Assembly (NCBI GenBank): GCA_022072165.1
Contig: JAJVIF010000001.1
Coordinates: 1,258,598-1,322,597 of the forward strand
Source of the DNA: a bacterium
GTDB taxonomy: Bacteria > JAJVIF01
Reading direction: 5' to 3'
DNA length: 64,000 nucleotides
Shown here: positions 34,952-43,870 of the stretch, piece by piece
How positions within the stretch are numbered: position 1 is the stretch's first letter
How the letters are laid out: every line of letters starts with the position of its first letter
The notes under the pieces: model-generated
The model's input: only the letters and a program-made list of their open reading frames with translations
Told to the model about the DNA's origin: nothing
The model's database searches: none
Program-made: the position numbers and the translations under genes

Positions 34952-35599
34952 ATGCCGTCACAAGGCCTGTCCAAAAGCGACCGGGGTGATCTCTTGGTGC
35001 TGGGTTTGCTGCAAAGCAGGCCGCGTCATGGTTATGAGTTAAAGCGTCTGCTGGGACAGTCCCTGGCGGGCATCGGACGCCCGGTGGCATCCACGCTGTA
35101 CTACACCCTGAAACGGCTGCACCGGGCGGGGAGCATCACTACTGAGAGTGCCCTCGGACCCACCGGGCAGTTTGCGCCCCGGAGTATCTGGGAAATGACC
35201 GCCACCGGTCGGGGATCGTTGGAGACCCTGTGTCATAAAGCGCTAGACGATCTGACCTGCCCCGCGCCGCTGACCTTCGGGGTCCTGCTGGCTGAAGAAC
35301 GCTCTGCAGCGGAACTGCGCCGGTTGCTGCAACAGCGACATGCCCGTCTGCTCCGCGAAACGCAGCTGCTCGTCAGAGATTCCAACAACCAGGCTGACCG
35401 GTGCCTGATTTCGATGTATCAGCTCTGTCAGCAGCAACTCGGGCTCGAACTGGGATGGATCGATGGCTTGCTGCAGCACCCGGCGATGGGGACACCGGCA
35501 GACCATGGGTCGGAATCTGCACCAGCTGACACGAACTGGCTGGAGGCCTTCGCCCCGCCTTCGCTCGCATGTGCTCCCACCATGTCCGAGGGCCACTAA
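34952..35599 (+). CDS. PadR-family transcriptional regulator with a C-terminal extension
   Basis: LLVLGLLQSRPRHGYELKRLL...STLYYTLKRLHRAGSI winged-helix PadR signature. Preceded by an AT-rich region. Confidence 0.75.
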   Translation: MPSQGLSKSDRGDLLVLGLLQSRPRHGYELKRLLGQSLAGIGRPVASTLYYTLKRLHRAGSITTESALGPTGQFAPRSIWEMTATGRGSLETLCHKALDDLTCPAPLTFGVLLAEERSAAELRRLLQQRHARLLRETQLLVRDSNNQADRCLISMYQLCQQQLGLELGWIDGLLQHPAMGTPADHGSESAPADTNWLEAFAPPSLACAPTMSEGH

Positions 35600-35626
35600 C
35601 CCCGAGGTTGTCGCACTAGTGACGTG

Positions 35627-36931
35627 CTACTCGATGATCTGACTCACACCCTCGACGTCAAACAATTCGGCATCTCCATGGACTCCCTCGGCGAGACGAC
35701 CGGGGGTCCGGAGCACCTTTTGTCCCGCCTGGATTTTGCCGTAGGTGGCAGCCTGCCCCATCCGGGTGAGATCTGCTTCCGCTTTGGCCAAAGGCTCGGA
35801 CATATTCAGGGTTTCGAAGTGCGCCCGGAGGTTGAGGGTCAGGTCCCGGTTGTCCTTCGCGGCTTCCAGCGATGCGAGATAGGTCTCCCGCGCCTCGGCA
35901 TCCCGGCCGAGCCGTTCCTGCATTTCGCCGACCCGCGCCAGGTAGTAGCCGTAGTGCGGCTCCCCAGGCCCCTGCTGCTCCTGCAGTGCTGCCGCTTTCC
36001 TGTAGTGCTCCAGGGCCTGCTCGAAGGTGGCACCGCTGCTGGGATCCCGAGCCTGCAGTTCGGTGACCCAGCCCAGCAGGAAATGCACGTCGGGTCGCTT
36101 CTCCCACTGCTTCTGGCTACCTTCAAGGGCTGTACGAGCCTCGCTGAGGAGACCCTGCTCTTTCGTGGTGTCCCCGGCGGCGCTGGCATCCCGGGCTTCC
36201 CGGAGGCGGGTAATCGCCAGCATCGCGGGATCGGTAATGGCGACCCTGCTGGAGGCGAGGTCTTCCTCCTTCACCTTCTTGCGACCCGCTTCTTTATCGA
36301 ACGGAATGAAGAACGAGTCCGCCTGCACCCGCTCCACATCCCCCTCCAGGGTCTCTTTCTTCACGATGCGGAGAATGTAGTACCCCCCCGAGGGGTCTTC
36401 GATGATGTCCGTGATCTCCCCGACAGGCGTGCTGAAGGCTTCCGCCCGGTACGCCGGCTGAATCTGTCCGGTGGAGAGGAGGTCGACATAGACCTGCGCG
36501 GGTTCGCGATACACCCCATCGATGTACTGGTCGAGGACTTCTGCGGTAGTTGCGCCATCAAGGAGTGCCTGACGCACTTCCCGTGCTCGCTTGAGGGTCA
36601 ATTCCCGGGTATGGGTTACGGCCCTGCTTTTGGAGAACTGGACAGAGGGCTGCTTGTAGACCGCGTTTAGCAGGAGGGTATGGAGAGCGGCCTCGCGAAG
36701 AAAGGCCATCTCTTCGGGGGAGGGGCGGGCGAAGATCCCTTCGGCGTTTCGAATCCGCTTCACTTCAGCATCCACCAGTCGCTCGACTTCCAGGGCGTAG
36801 ATCGGTTCGTTGCCGACCGTGGCAATGACCCGCTCAGGGTTGGTCCCCTGGGAGGTCTGGGGTGCGCCACAGCCCAGTAGTCCAATGGTCAGCAGGAGCA
36901 ACAGGACGGACAAGTGGTGACGGATGCTCAA
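35627..36931 (-). CDS. SurA/PrsA-like peptidyl-prolyl isomerase lipoprotein
   Basis: Lipobox LLGCG. Parvulin-like block FSTPVGEITDIIEDPSGGYYILRIV. C-terminal helical/TPR-like region. Confidence 0.5.
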   Translation of the reverse strand: MSIRHHLSVLLLLLTIGLLGCGAPQTSQGTNPERVIATVGNEPIYALEVERLVDAEVKRIRNAEGIFARPSPEEMAFLREAALHTLLLNAVYKQPSVQFSKSRAVTHTRELTLKRAREVRQALLDGATTAEVLDQYIDGVYREPAQVYVDLLSTGQIQPAYRAEAFSTPVGEITDIIEDPSGGYYILRIVKKETLEGDVERVQADSFFIPFDKEAGRKKVKEEDLASSRVAITDPAMLAITRLREARDASAAGDTTKEQGLLSEARTALEGSQKQWEKRPDVHFLLGWVTELQARDPSSGATFEQALEHYRKAAALQEQQGPGEPHYGYYLARVGEMQERLGRDAEARETYLASLEAAKDNRDLTLNLRAHFETLNMSEPLAKAEADLTRMGQAATYGKIQAGQKVLRTPGRLAEGVHGDAELFDVEGVSQIIE

Positions 36932-37032
36932 GGTAACGGAAGCCTCCCTTTCGATGCCTCACGGAGCAGACAGTGTCCGGACCCGGCGTACGACAGGTCC
37001 ACTCTCCACGCAAGTATGCCCGACACCGCAGG

Positions 37033-38343
37033 TTAACGTCGCAGTCGATTCCAGACCCGCTGCAAGAGTCCGGGCACCGGAGGTGCCTGATCCGGCAGCG
37101 CCGTCAGCGCGCTGCTCCAGGGACCATCAGGATGGAGCGTCAGACCCGCTGCCAGCGACGCCACCAGCGCCTCGCAGGAGGTCTCCCAGGAGTAGTACTG
37201 CTGCAGGACGCTCCAGGGGGGTATCTCGCCCGCTGCGACCTCTTCCAGCGTCGCCAGGACTGCGCCAGCAAAGCCCTCAGGATCACCAGGCAGGGCCACC
37301 GCAGCGACTCCCTGCAGCTCCAGCTGACGACCCAACGGGTCCTCGCCGCTCACGACCAGACGCCGGCTATGCCGTACCGCTTCCAGATACCGGGTCCGGT
37401 GGCTGCAGGTGGCTTCCGGGCTCGGCCGATGCGCACTGATATGGAGAATCGCCCCCTCCGCGACCGCCGGCCAGTCGGCAGCGGGAATCCAGTCGAGCAG
37501 GTGGACCCGGTCCTGCAGCGCGGCTGAAGCGACCAACTCACGCGCTGCATCAGCCATCGCTGCTTCCGGACCTGCTGCATGGGGTGAGTCGAGTCCGGGG
37601 AGGAGGAGATGGAGCGCGGGCTGCTCTTCCCAGATGGTGGGCATCGCCTGGATGACCAGCAGGGGGTCCATCCAGGGCCAGAGGCCCCCACTCCAGAGGA
37701 GATAGGGCGTGGTGGCCGGAAGGCCGAGGCGGTCGAGGAGCGTAATTCGTGGTGCCGGATCGGGAAGTGCTTCCAGCGGGGAGATGCCATACGGACACCA
37801 GAGGACCCGGTCGTGACTTCCCCAGTCAGTATGGAGACTGGGGCTCACCCGCCCCAGGAGTGTGAGGAGCCCCAACAGCCAGGCTTCCTGCGCCTCGTTG
37901 GAAGCCAGCCAGTAATCCCCAGCACTGACCGCCCGGGCCATGGCCCAGGCCTGCAATTTCGTGACCTGACGGACTTCATCGGCGGGGTGTCCCTGCAACA
38001 ACGCCGCCGTCTCCAGCGGAAAGGGTGCGGTGCAGTCAATGACCCGGGGACAGGGGAGGTCAAACACGCTCTGTTCCCGCAGGGCAGCCTGCGCTGGCAA
38101 GAGGATGCCGACGTAGTGACCCGCTCTGGCCTGCAGCGCGGCGAGGTCGAAGGGGTGCCAGGTGATGAGAGGGCTTGGGGGTGGGGAGTCGCCGTCGTAC
38201 CAGCCTTCAATGGGAACACCGGCGGCAGCGAGCTGCTGCGCGATCGCGAGAGAACGTCGCGCCGGACCAGCCATGCGGGGTCCGAAGGGGTCAGCGGCCA
38301 GGAGTCCGAAGGGGCGGGCATCCATGGGGGGGAACGCTAGCAC
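37033..38343 (-). CDS. Glycosyltransferase, GT4/group-1-like
   Basis: C-terminal Glycos_transf_1-like pattern (LEAVRHSRRLVVSGEDPLGRQLELQGVAAVALPGDPEGFAGAVLATLEE). Confidence 0.45.
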   Translation of the reverse strand: MLAFPPMDARPFGLLAADPFGPRMAGPARRSLAIAQQLAAAGVPIEGWYDGDSPPPSPLITWHPFDLAALQARAGHYVGILLPAQAALREQSVFDLPCPRVIDCTAPFPLETAALLQGHPADEVRQVTKLQAWAMARAVSAGDYWLASNEAQEAWLLGLLTLLGRVSPSLHTDWGSHDRVLWCPYGISPLEALPDPAPRITLLDRLGLPATTPYLLWSGGLWPWMDPLLVIQAMPTIWEEQPALHLLLPGLDSPHAAGPEAAMADAARELVASAALQDRVHLLDWIPAADWPAVAEGAILHISAHRPSPEATCSHRTRYLEAVRHSRRLVVSGEDPLGRQLELQGVAAVALPGDPEGFAGAVLATLEEVAAGEIPPWSVLQQYYSWETSCEALVASLAAGLTLHPDGPWSSALTALPDQAPPVPGLLQRVWNRLRR

Positions 38344-38465
38344 AGGCGAATTGGCGCTGGGGGGGGTCGGATTTTCGCCTGCTGGGCCTTGACAGGCCCC
38401 GCCCTTATTGTATTATTGCCCTAGTACACTCAGTCAAAGCAGGTTCCGCAGACAGGAGACACCGC

Positions 38466-39095
38466 ATGACTACCCTCGCACTCTCGCTTGCTCCCCGCCG
38501 GTCGCTGCTCGCCGGGGGACCCACGGATGACCAGTTGGTCAGCGCGGCTCGTCAGGGACGGGCCGAGGCGTTCGATGCCCTGTTAAGCCGCCACCACCAG
38601 ACCGCCAGGGCGATCGCGGGCCGGATCCTTCACCGGGATACGGCGGGGCTGGAGGATGTCCTGGCCGAGGCGGCCTGCCGCGCCTGGGTCCACCTCCCCC
38701 GGCTGCGGGATGGGGTCCGGTTCCGGTCGTGGTACTGCACCATTGTCCGCAACGCGGCTCTCGATTTCGCCTACAAGGTGGGCCGGGAGCGGGGTCCGGT
38801 GGGCCACGACGATTCCGGGGAACTCCCGGAGTTCTGGTGGGATCGCCTGGAGTCCCAGTCCCTCTCGCCGATGGAGTCGCTGGAGCAGACCGAGACCCTG
38901 TCGCTGCTGCAGCAGGCGCTGGGAGACCTGGAGCCCCTCTACGCCATCCCGGTGCGACGCCGCTGCCTGGAGGAGGCGTCGTATCAGGAAATCGCCCGGG
39001 AGCTCGACAAGCCGGTGGGGACGGTCAAGAGCCTGGTCCACCGGGGGAAGGCGCTGATCGAGCAGCGACTCCGGGAGCAGCATGTGCTGCTGTAG
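38466..39095 (+). CDS. ECF-subfamily RNA polymerase sigma-70 factor
   Basis: Region 2 (AEAFDALLSRHHQTARAIAGRIL...) and region 4 (YQEIARELDKPVGTVKSLVHRGKALIEQ). ATG verified at 38466. Confidence 0.8.
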   Translation: MTTLALSLAPRRSLLAGGPTDDQLVSAARQGRAEAFDALLSRHHQTARAIAGRILHRDTAGLEDVLAEAACRAWVHLPRLRDGVRFRSWYCTIVRNAALDFAYKVGRERGPVGHDDSGELPEFWWDRLESQSLSPMESLEQTETLSLLQQALGDLEPLYAIPVRRRCLEEASYQEIARELDKPVGTVKSLVHRGKALIEQRLREQHVLL

Positions 39096-39196
39096 CGGTA
39101 CAATCCAGTGTCCTACTCTCTCCTGTCAATGACAGGAGCTTTTGTTACATCCCGGCGCAGCAGAAGCTGCTGTGACCATCTCCTGCAGGAGCCTGT

Positions 39197-39592
39197 ATGC
39201 CATCCATCGACCGTCTGGCACTCCGCCTGGATCTGCGAGGGCATACCCCGATTTTCGTGCAGTTGGTTGACGGGATTAAGTACCACATTGCCACAGGCGG
39301 GTTGGTGCCCGGCGACCAGCTCCCACCAGTCCGGCGGCTGGCCGATCATCTTGGGATCAACCCTAACACGGTCGATCGGGCGTATCAGGAGCTGATTCGC
39401 CTGCAACTGGCAGAGTCTCAGCATGGGCGTGGGACATTCATTACCGGGACCCTGCCGCCGGAGACGCCCCCCAAGGACCGGGAAGCGCGTCGAGACGCCG
39501 CAATCCGCGACCTCGTGACCTCTCTCTCGGAGCTGGGCTTCAGCAAAACGGAGATTTTGACGGCGGTGATTCAGCAGCTGCATCTGGAGTAG
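39197..39592 (+). CDS. GntR-family (YtrA-like, short) transcriptional regulator
   Basis: PIFVQLVDGIKYHIATGGLVPGDQLPPVRRLADHLGINPNTVDRAYQELIRLQLAESQHGRGTFI winged HTH, with only ~45 aa C-terminal to it. Confidence 0.7.
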   Translation: MPSIDRLALRLDLRGHTPIFVQLVDGIKYHIATGGLVPGDQLPPVRRLADHLGINPNTVDRAYQELIRLQLAESQHGRGTFITGTLPPETPPKDREARRDAAIRDLVTSLSELGFSKTEILTAVIQQLHLE

Positions 39593-39683
39593 CGGTCCCC
39601 ACTCCCCCTCTTGATTGCCCATATGTATCAGGTCACCGGTACAATATTAACCTTCGCGCTTCACACGCCGTATACTCCCTCCA

Positions 39684-40664
39684 ATGTCCGCCGACCTCGC
39701 CCGCTTCGCCATTCCGGTCACGACCCCGGCCGATCCGGGGGCCTGGCGGGATGATCCGTTTCTCTGGGGCATCGAAGCACTTGCGCTGACCAACGGGACC
39801 GGGGTCCCGTCTGATTCTTTGCTGCGCCTCCTGGGAGGCGGAGCCTTTGTGTTCGCGGCTTGCATTAGCTGTTGTCCCTACTGGTGGCTTGGGGCAGGGA
39901 AGGCACGACGCCGTTATGCCCTGGGGACCGCTTTGGGATGGAACATCACGCACATCACCGCCGATGGGACACAAGCTGCCTACGAAGCGCTCCTGAAGGG
40001 TCCCCTGACCCAGGAACTGACCTTTGGGCGCGCCCTGCTGGCCTACGGGGGCTGGCCCGGCGAAGCGCAGTATCACTGGGGTCTGGTGACCGCCACCGCC
40101 GAGGGGCATTGTCCTGCGGGACTCACCCCCTTCACCGGCGAGGAACTCGTCGTGATGCCCAGCTGGCCCTATCGCCTGGTGCTGGCGGACCCGGTGGGGC
40201 AGCCGGTGCCGCCCCTCGCCGCGACACTGGAGCAGGCACTGAGCGATGCGTCGCGGCACTGGGACGACGTAGTGGGGCAGGAGGCTGGCGATGCCGCCCC
40301 GGAATCGCAGTGGCATTCTGGTGCGGCGGCGCTGCAGATCCTGCAGAAGCGGCTGGCCAGGCAGGACCCGTTCTGTGATCAGTGCGCAGACTCCTCGTGC
40401 CTGTCGGCGCTGATTCAGGGGTGGGCCGCGAACCTGAAGCAGGGAAGCGCATGTCTTATAGCGGCAGATGCGGTGCTGCAGGCACCAGAACTGACGAACC
40501 TCGCCAGCGACTGGCGCACGATGGGGGAAGACCTGCAGTCCGCAGCAACAGTTCCAGCCGATCCAGGCGCACTGGCACGAGTGGTGGATCGCTGGAGTGA
40601 GATGTACACCGAGTGCAGAGCCCGTCTGGACACCTGGCTTCAGACACGGGCAGGAGGTGAATGA
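39684..40664 (+). CDS. Hypothetical protein, Cys-rich
   Basis: Clear ORF, first in a coupled trio with the AKR and NUDIX genes. No motif recognised. Confidence 0.4.
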   Translation: MSADLARFAIPVTTPADPGAWRDDPFLWGIEALALTNGTGVPSDSLLRLLGGGAFVFAACISCCPYWWLGAGKARRRYALGTALGWNITHITADGTQAAYEALLKGPLTQELTFGRALLAYGGWPGEAQYHWGLVTATAEGHCPAGLTPFTGEELVVMPSWPYRLVLADPVGQPVPPLAATLEQALSDASRHWDDVVGQEAGDAAPESQWHSGAAALQILQKRLARQDPFCDQCADSSCLSALIQGWAANLKQGSACLIAADAVLQAPELTNLASDWRTMGEDLQSAATVPADPGALARVVDRWSEMYTECRARLDTWLQTRAGGE

Positions 40665-41668
40665 TGCGATACGTGCAGTTGGGACGCACTGGACTCTCCA
40701 CCAGTGAAATCGGATTCGGTGCCTGGGCCATCGGCGGCAATCAGTACGGCAACTCCTATGGCCACACCGATGATGTCACGAGCAAGGCCGCTGTTCATGC
40801 GGCCCTGGAGTGCGGCATCAACTTCTTTGATACCGCCGATGTGTATGGCTACGGCCATTCCGAGGAGGTCCTGGGAGCAGCCCTCAAGGGAGCCGACTTT
40901 GGACTCCCCCCCATCATCGCGACCAAAGTGGGCGGCAATTTTTATCAGGGCCAGACGCGGATGGACTTCAGTCCGGACTATCTCCGCTTCGCAGTCGACC
41001 AGTCGTTGCGCCGGTTGCAGATCGACCGGATCGATCTCTATCAGTTGCATAACCCCAGCGCTGAGATCATCGCGGCGGGCGCGGTCATCGACACCCTCGA
41101 GGAGCTGCAGGCTGCCGGCAAGATCGGACACATTGGCGTGTCGGTGTTCACGCCGGACGAGGCGATGGCCTGTCTTGGGGATGACCGGGTCGCATCGATT
41201 CAGCTGGTCTACAACCTGCTGCGACGGGAGATGGAGTCGCAGGTCCTCGAAACCGCGCAATTGCGCCATGTGGCCATCATTGCCCGGGAGCCGCTGGCCA
41301 ACGGGTTCCTGGCGGGACGCCGGTCGCCGCAGGACGAGTTTGAGCCTGGCGACATCCGGTACTCGATGCCGGCGGGGTACAAATCGCAGCTGGCGGGAGC
41401 GGCCGCCTATGTCCGGGAGGTTCTGGAAGCCATCGATGGGCCACAGGGAGTCCGGACGCTGGCGCAGGTTGCCCTGCAGTTCGTGATTCGCCATCCTGCG
41501 GTGAGCGTGGTGATCCCGGGGGCAAAGAAGGCCAGCCAGGTGATCGAAAATGCCCATGTCAGCGACCTTGGTCCGCTGGAAGGGGCCTTCATCACCTCCC
41601 TCTTCGGTCCGGACTACCAGCAGGCGGACCCAGCCCAAAAGCCCTATCAGGAGCTCCCCATCGCATGA
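40661..41668 (+). CDS. Aldo/keto reductase
   Basis: MRYVQLGRTGLSTSEIGFGAWAIGG...INFFDTADVYGYGHSEEVLG and IIATKVG motifs. Confidence 0.85.
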   Translation: MMRYVQLGRTGLSTSEIGFGAWAIGGNQYGNSYGHTDDVTSKAAVHAALECGINFFDTADVYGYGHSEEVLGAALKGADFGLPPIIATKVGGNFYQGQTRMDFSPDYLRFAVDQSLRRLQIDRIDLYQLHNPSAEIIAAGAVIDTLEELQAAGKIGHIGVSVFTPDEAMACLGDDRVASIQLVYNLLRREMESQVLETAQLRHVAIIAREPLANGFLAGRRSPQDEFEPGDIRYSMPAGYKSQLAGAAAYVREVLEAIDGPQGVRTLAQVALQFVIRHPAVSVVIPGAKKASQVIENAHVSDLGPLEGAFITSLFGPDYQQADPAQKPYQELPIA

Positions 41669-42108
41669 CAGCAGCTATCGAAGTGATTGCCCGGGCCGTG
41701 ATACAGCGCGAAGGACATGTACTGCTGACACGACGGGTCGGGGGGAGCTATGTCTTTCTGCCGGGAGGACACATCGAGCCGGGCGAAGCAGCGGTGACCG
41801 CCCTGGTCCGGGAGATCGACGAAGAACTGGGAACGCAACTCGACGTCCGGCGCTTTTTGGGGGTCGTTGAGCACCAGTACAGCCGCGGCGACACCACCAC
41901 ACACGAGGTGAATCTGCTCTTTGAGGGGAGTGCTCCGGCGCTCCCCTTCCCTGCTTCCCCGGAAAGCCGGGAGCCCCGATTCGAGTTTTGGTGGGAGCGT
42001 GTCGATGGCCTGGCCGAGTGCGGGCTGGAACCCTCTGTACTTCGGGACGATCTGGCGACGTGGCTCTTCGCACAAGGAGCAGGGCGCTTCGGCAGCACTC
42101 TGCGGTAG
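41665..42108 (+). CDS. NUDIX hydrolase
   Basis: NUDIX box GGHIEPGEAAVTALVREIDEELG. Confidence 0.75.
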   Translation: MTAAIEVIARAVIQREGHVLLTRRVGGSYVFLPGGHIEPGEAAVTALVREIDEELGTQLDVRRFLGVVEHQYSRGDTTTHEVNLLFEGSAPALPFPASPESREPRFEFWWERVDGLAECGLEPSVLRDDLATWLFAQGAGRFGSTLR

Positions 42109-42110
42109 CG

Positions 42111-42545
42111 TCAGTCGTCTGCGACGTCGGTGGTATCGCGCTGAAACACCGAGCGAGCCTCCGGCAGCACTTCCCGACGGGGCTGGACCAGCAAAATGGT
42201 CATCAGACCGATGACCCCGAAGGTCGCGAGCCAGAAGAGTCCCGGTTGTCGCCAAAAGAGGCTGAGTCCAGAAACCCAGGCGGTGGCACTGAGGAGCAAT
42301 AGCTGTACTTCTACCCGGAGTTGCGTCGTGGCCTCCGGGTCCGTGAGCAGACGTCGCAATCGACGAGTCGCCAGCCCCAGCGTCAGTATCACGATCCCCA
42401 ACGCGACCCAGTCACCGGGCGTCACGCTCTGGGCGGAGAGCATCGGGAACTGCAGCCGGACCCCTGCCGCCACGATGGCGGCGTTGAGAAGGCCGACCTG
42501 CCCCCACCAGCGTCCATCTTTGGCAGCAGTAGACTGTGTCTGCAC
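42111..42545 (-). CDS. Small membrane protein, hypothetical
   Basis: GTG-start ORF with 3-4 TM segments. Its start abuts the divergent ATG at 42546, so the true start is uncertain. Confidence 0.3.
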   Translation of the reverse strand: MQTQSTAAKDGRWWGQVGLLNAAIVAAGVRLQFPMLSAQSVTPGDWVALGIVILTLGLATRRLRRLLTDPEATTQLRVEVQLLLLSATAWVSGLSLFWRQPGLFWLATFGVIGLMTILLVQPRREVLPEARSVFQRDTTDVADD

Positions 42546-43775
42546 ATGAGCCCCCGTCGCCTCCCATTATTGCTGCTCTGCTGCTGGCTGGGGCTGCCGG
42601 GGACCGGAGCGACCGCGCCCCCGCCGGTGGAGGTCACGATGGCAGCGACCATCGTCCGCGAACAGGGGGCTTCGGGCATGGCAGAGTCGTTTCTGACGCT
42701 CGTGAGTCTGGATCAGCAGCCCCATACGTTCAGCGTGATGCTGCCACCGGATCAGACCCTCACCCCGATCGTCTGGACTTTCCGGGGCTGGTGGACCAGC
42801 GAGGAAATCACCCACGCGGAGCAGCTGCAGCTCGCGCTCCGCACAGAACAGGCGACCTTACGACAGCTGGACCATCAGCGCTGGATCGTCATCGGCGCCA
42901 TCGCCCCCGCACTCTGGCCGGTCGCGGCGGGCTACGGCAGCGTGCTGGCGCATCCGCAGAGCGCTGAACTGGGGATGCAGCCCTACGAGTTGCCGTTCGA
43001 GTTGTACTACAACCCCGTGCCGGAAACAGAACAGGCCGACGAGGCACTGACCCTCGCCGAGGACCCTACGCGGCCGGGTCACTGGCAGGTGACACTGCGT
43101 CCTTCGCCCCTGGCAACACCGCTGTCGGGGCTGGGGCTCCGGGTGCAGCATCCCGCCGATGCCGTGCCTTCGCTGCTGATGACCAGCCACGATGGAACGG
43201 AACTGGCGACTCCGATGCCCCTGCCGGTCCGGTTCCAGCGCATCTATGGCGCCTCCGGGGAGCATCAGGAACACAGGTGGCATCAGTCAGGGATCCGTCA
43301 GCTGGAGCACCTGCTGGCCGCCTGGGAGAGTGGGTCCACCGCGAGCCTGACTTCGGTCAGTCTGCCTCAGGATGCCCTATTGCTCTACCGGGGCCATGAG
43401 GGACCCGGAATGCCCATCCAGGTGGTCGGCGACAGGCTGCCACGATGGTGGAGTCCGGGATTCGTGTTGTGCATAGGGCTGATGATCGCCCTGGGCGGGG
43501 GGTGGCTGCTGACCGCGCAGTCTGCGACGGTATCCACTGGCACACGATGGCTGAAGCTGGCCTTGGGCTGGCTGGCAGGCTGGGGTGTCGCGGTGCTGGG
43601 GTTCCCCCTCTTCGGACTCGGTTTCCTGGCGGGGGCTGCAGTGACCGACCAGTACTGGGCACGTCAGGGACTGGGAGGAGCCTCCTGGGGACGGTGGCTC
43701 GGGCTGGTGGGTCTCTGGCTCCTGCTCAGCGCATTGGCGTTGCCGCTTTTACTGACCCAAAGCCTGCTTTCTTAA
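42546..43775 (+). CDS. Secreted protein with C-terminal TM helices, hypothetical
   Basis: Signal peptide MSPRRLPLLLLCCWLGLPGTGA and a Trp/Gly-rich C-terminal membrane segment. Confidence 0.45.
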   Translation: MSPRRLPLLLLCCWLGLPGTGATAPPPVEVTMAATIVREQGASGMAESFLTLVSLDQQPHTFSVMLPPDQTLTPIVWTFRGWWTSEEITHAEQLQLALRTEQATLRQLDHQRWIVIGAIAPALWPVAAGYGSVLAHPQSAELGMQPYELPFELYYNPVPETEQADEALTLAEDPTRPGHWQVTLRPSPLATPLSGLGLRVQHPADAVPSLLMTSHDGTELATPMPLPVRFQRIYGASGEHQEHRWHQSGIRQLEHLLAAWESGSTASLTSVSLPQDALLLYRGHEGPGMPIQVVGDRLPRWWSPGFVLCIGLMIALGGGWLLTAQSATVSTGTRWLKLALGWLAGWGVAVLGFPLFGLGFLAGAAVTDQYWARQGLGGASWGRWLGLVGLWLLLSALALPLLLTQSLLS

Positions 43776-43870
43776 AGGGAACCGAACGGTTATGGCGGTT
43801 GCGGGAAGGCCCTGAAACGCGCACACTACGGGGGTTACTGCCAGATGTCAGTGCTGAGACGCTGACGCTG

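Noticed and set aside
35606-35620. Palindrome CACTAGTG between the convergent padR and surA-like gene ends
   Set aside because: An 8-bp palindrome without a U-run is too short to call as a bidirectional terminator.
35624-36670. 348-aa plus-strand ORF
   Set aside because: Antisense to the SurA-like lipoprotein gene.
40640-41638. 332-aa minus-strand ORF
   Set aside because: Antisense to the aldo/keto reductase.
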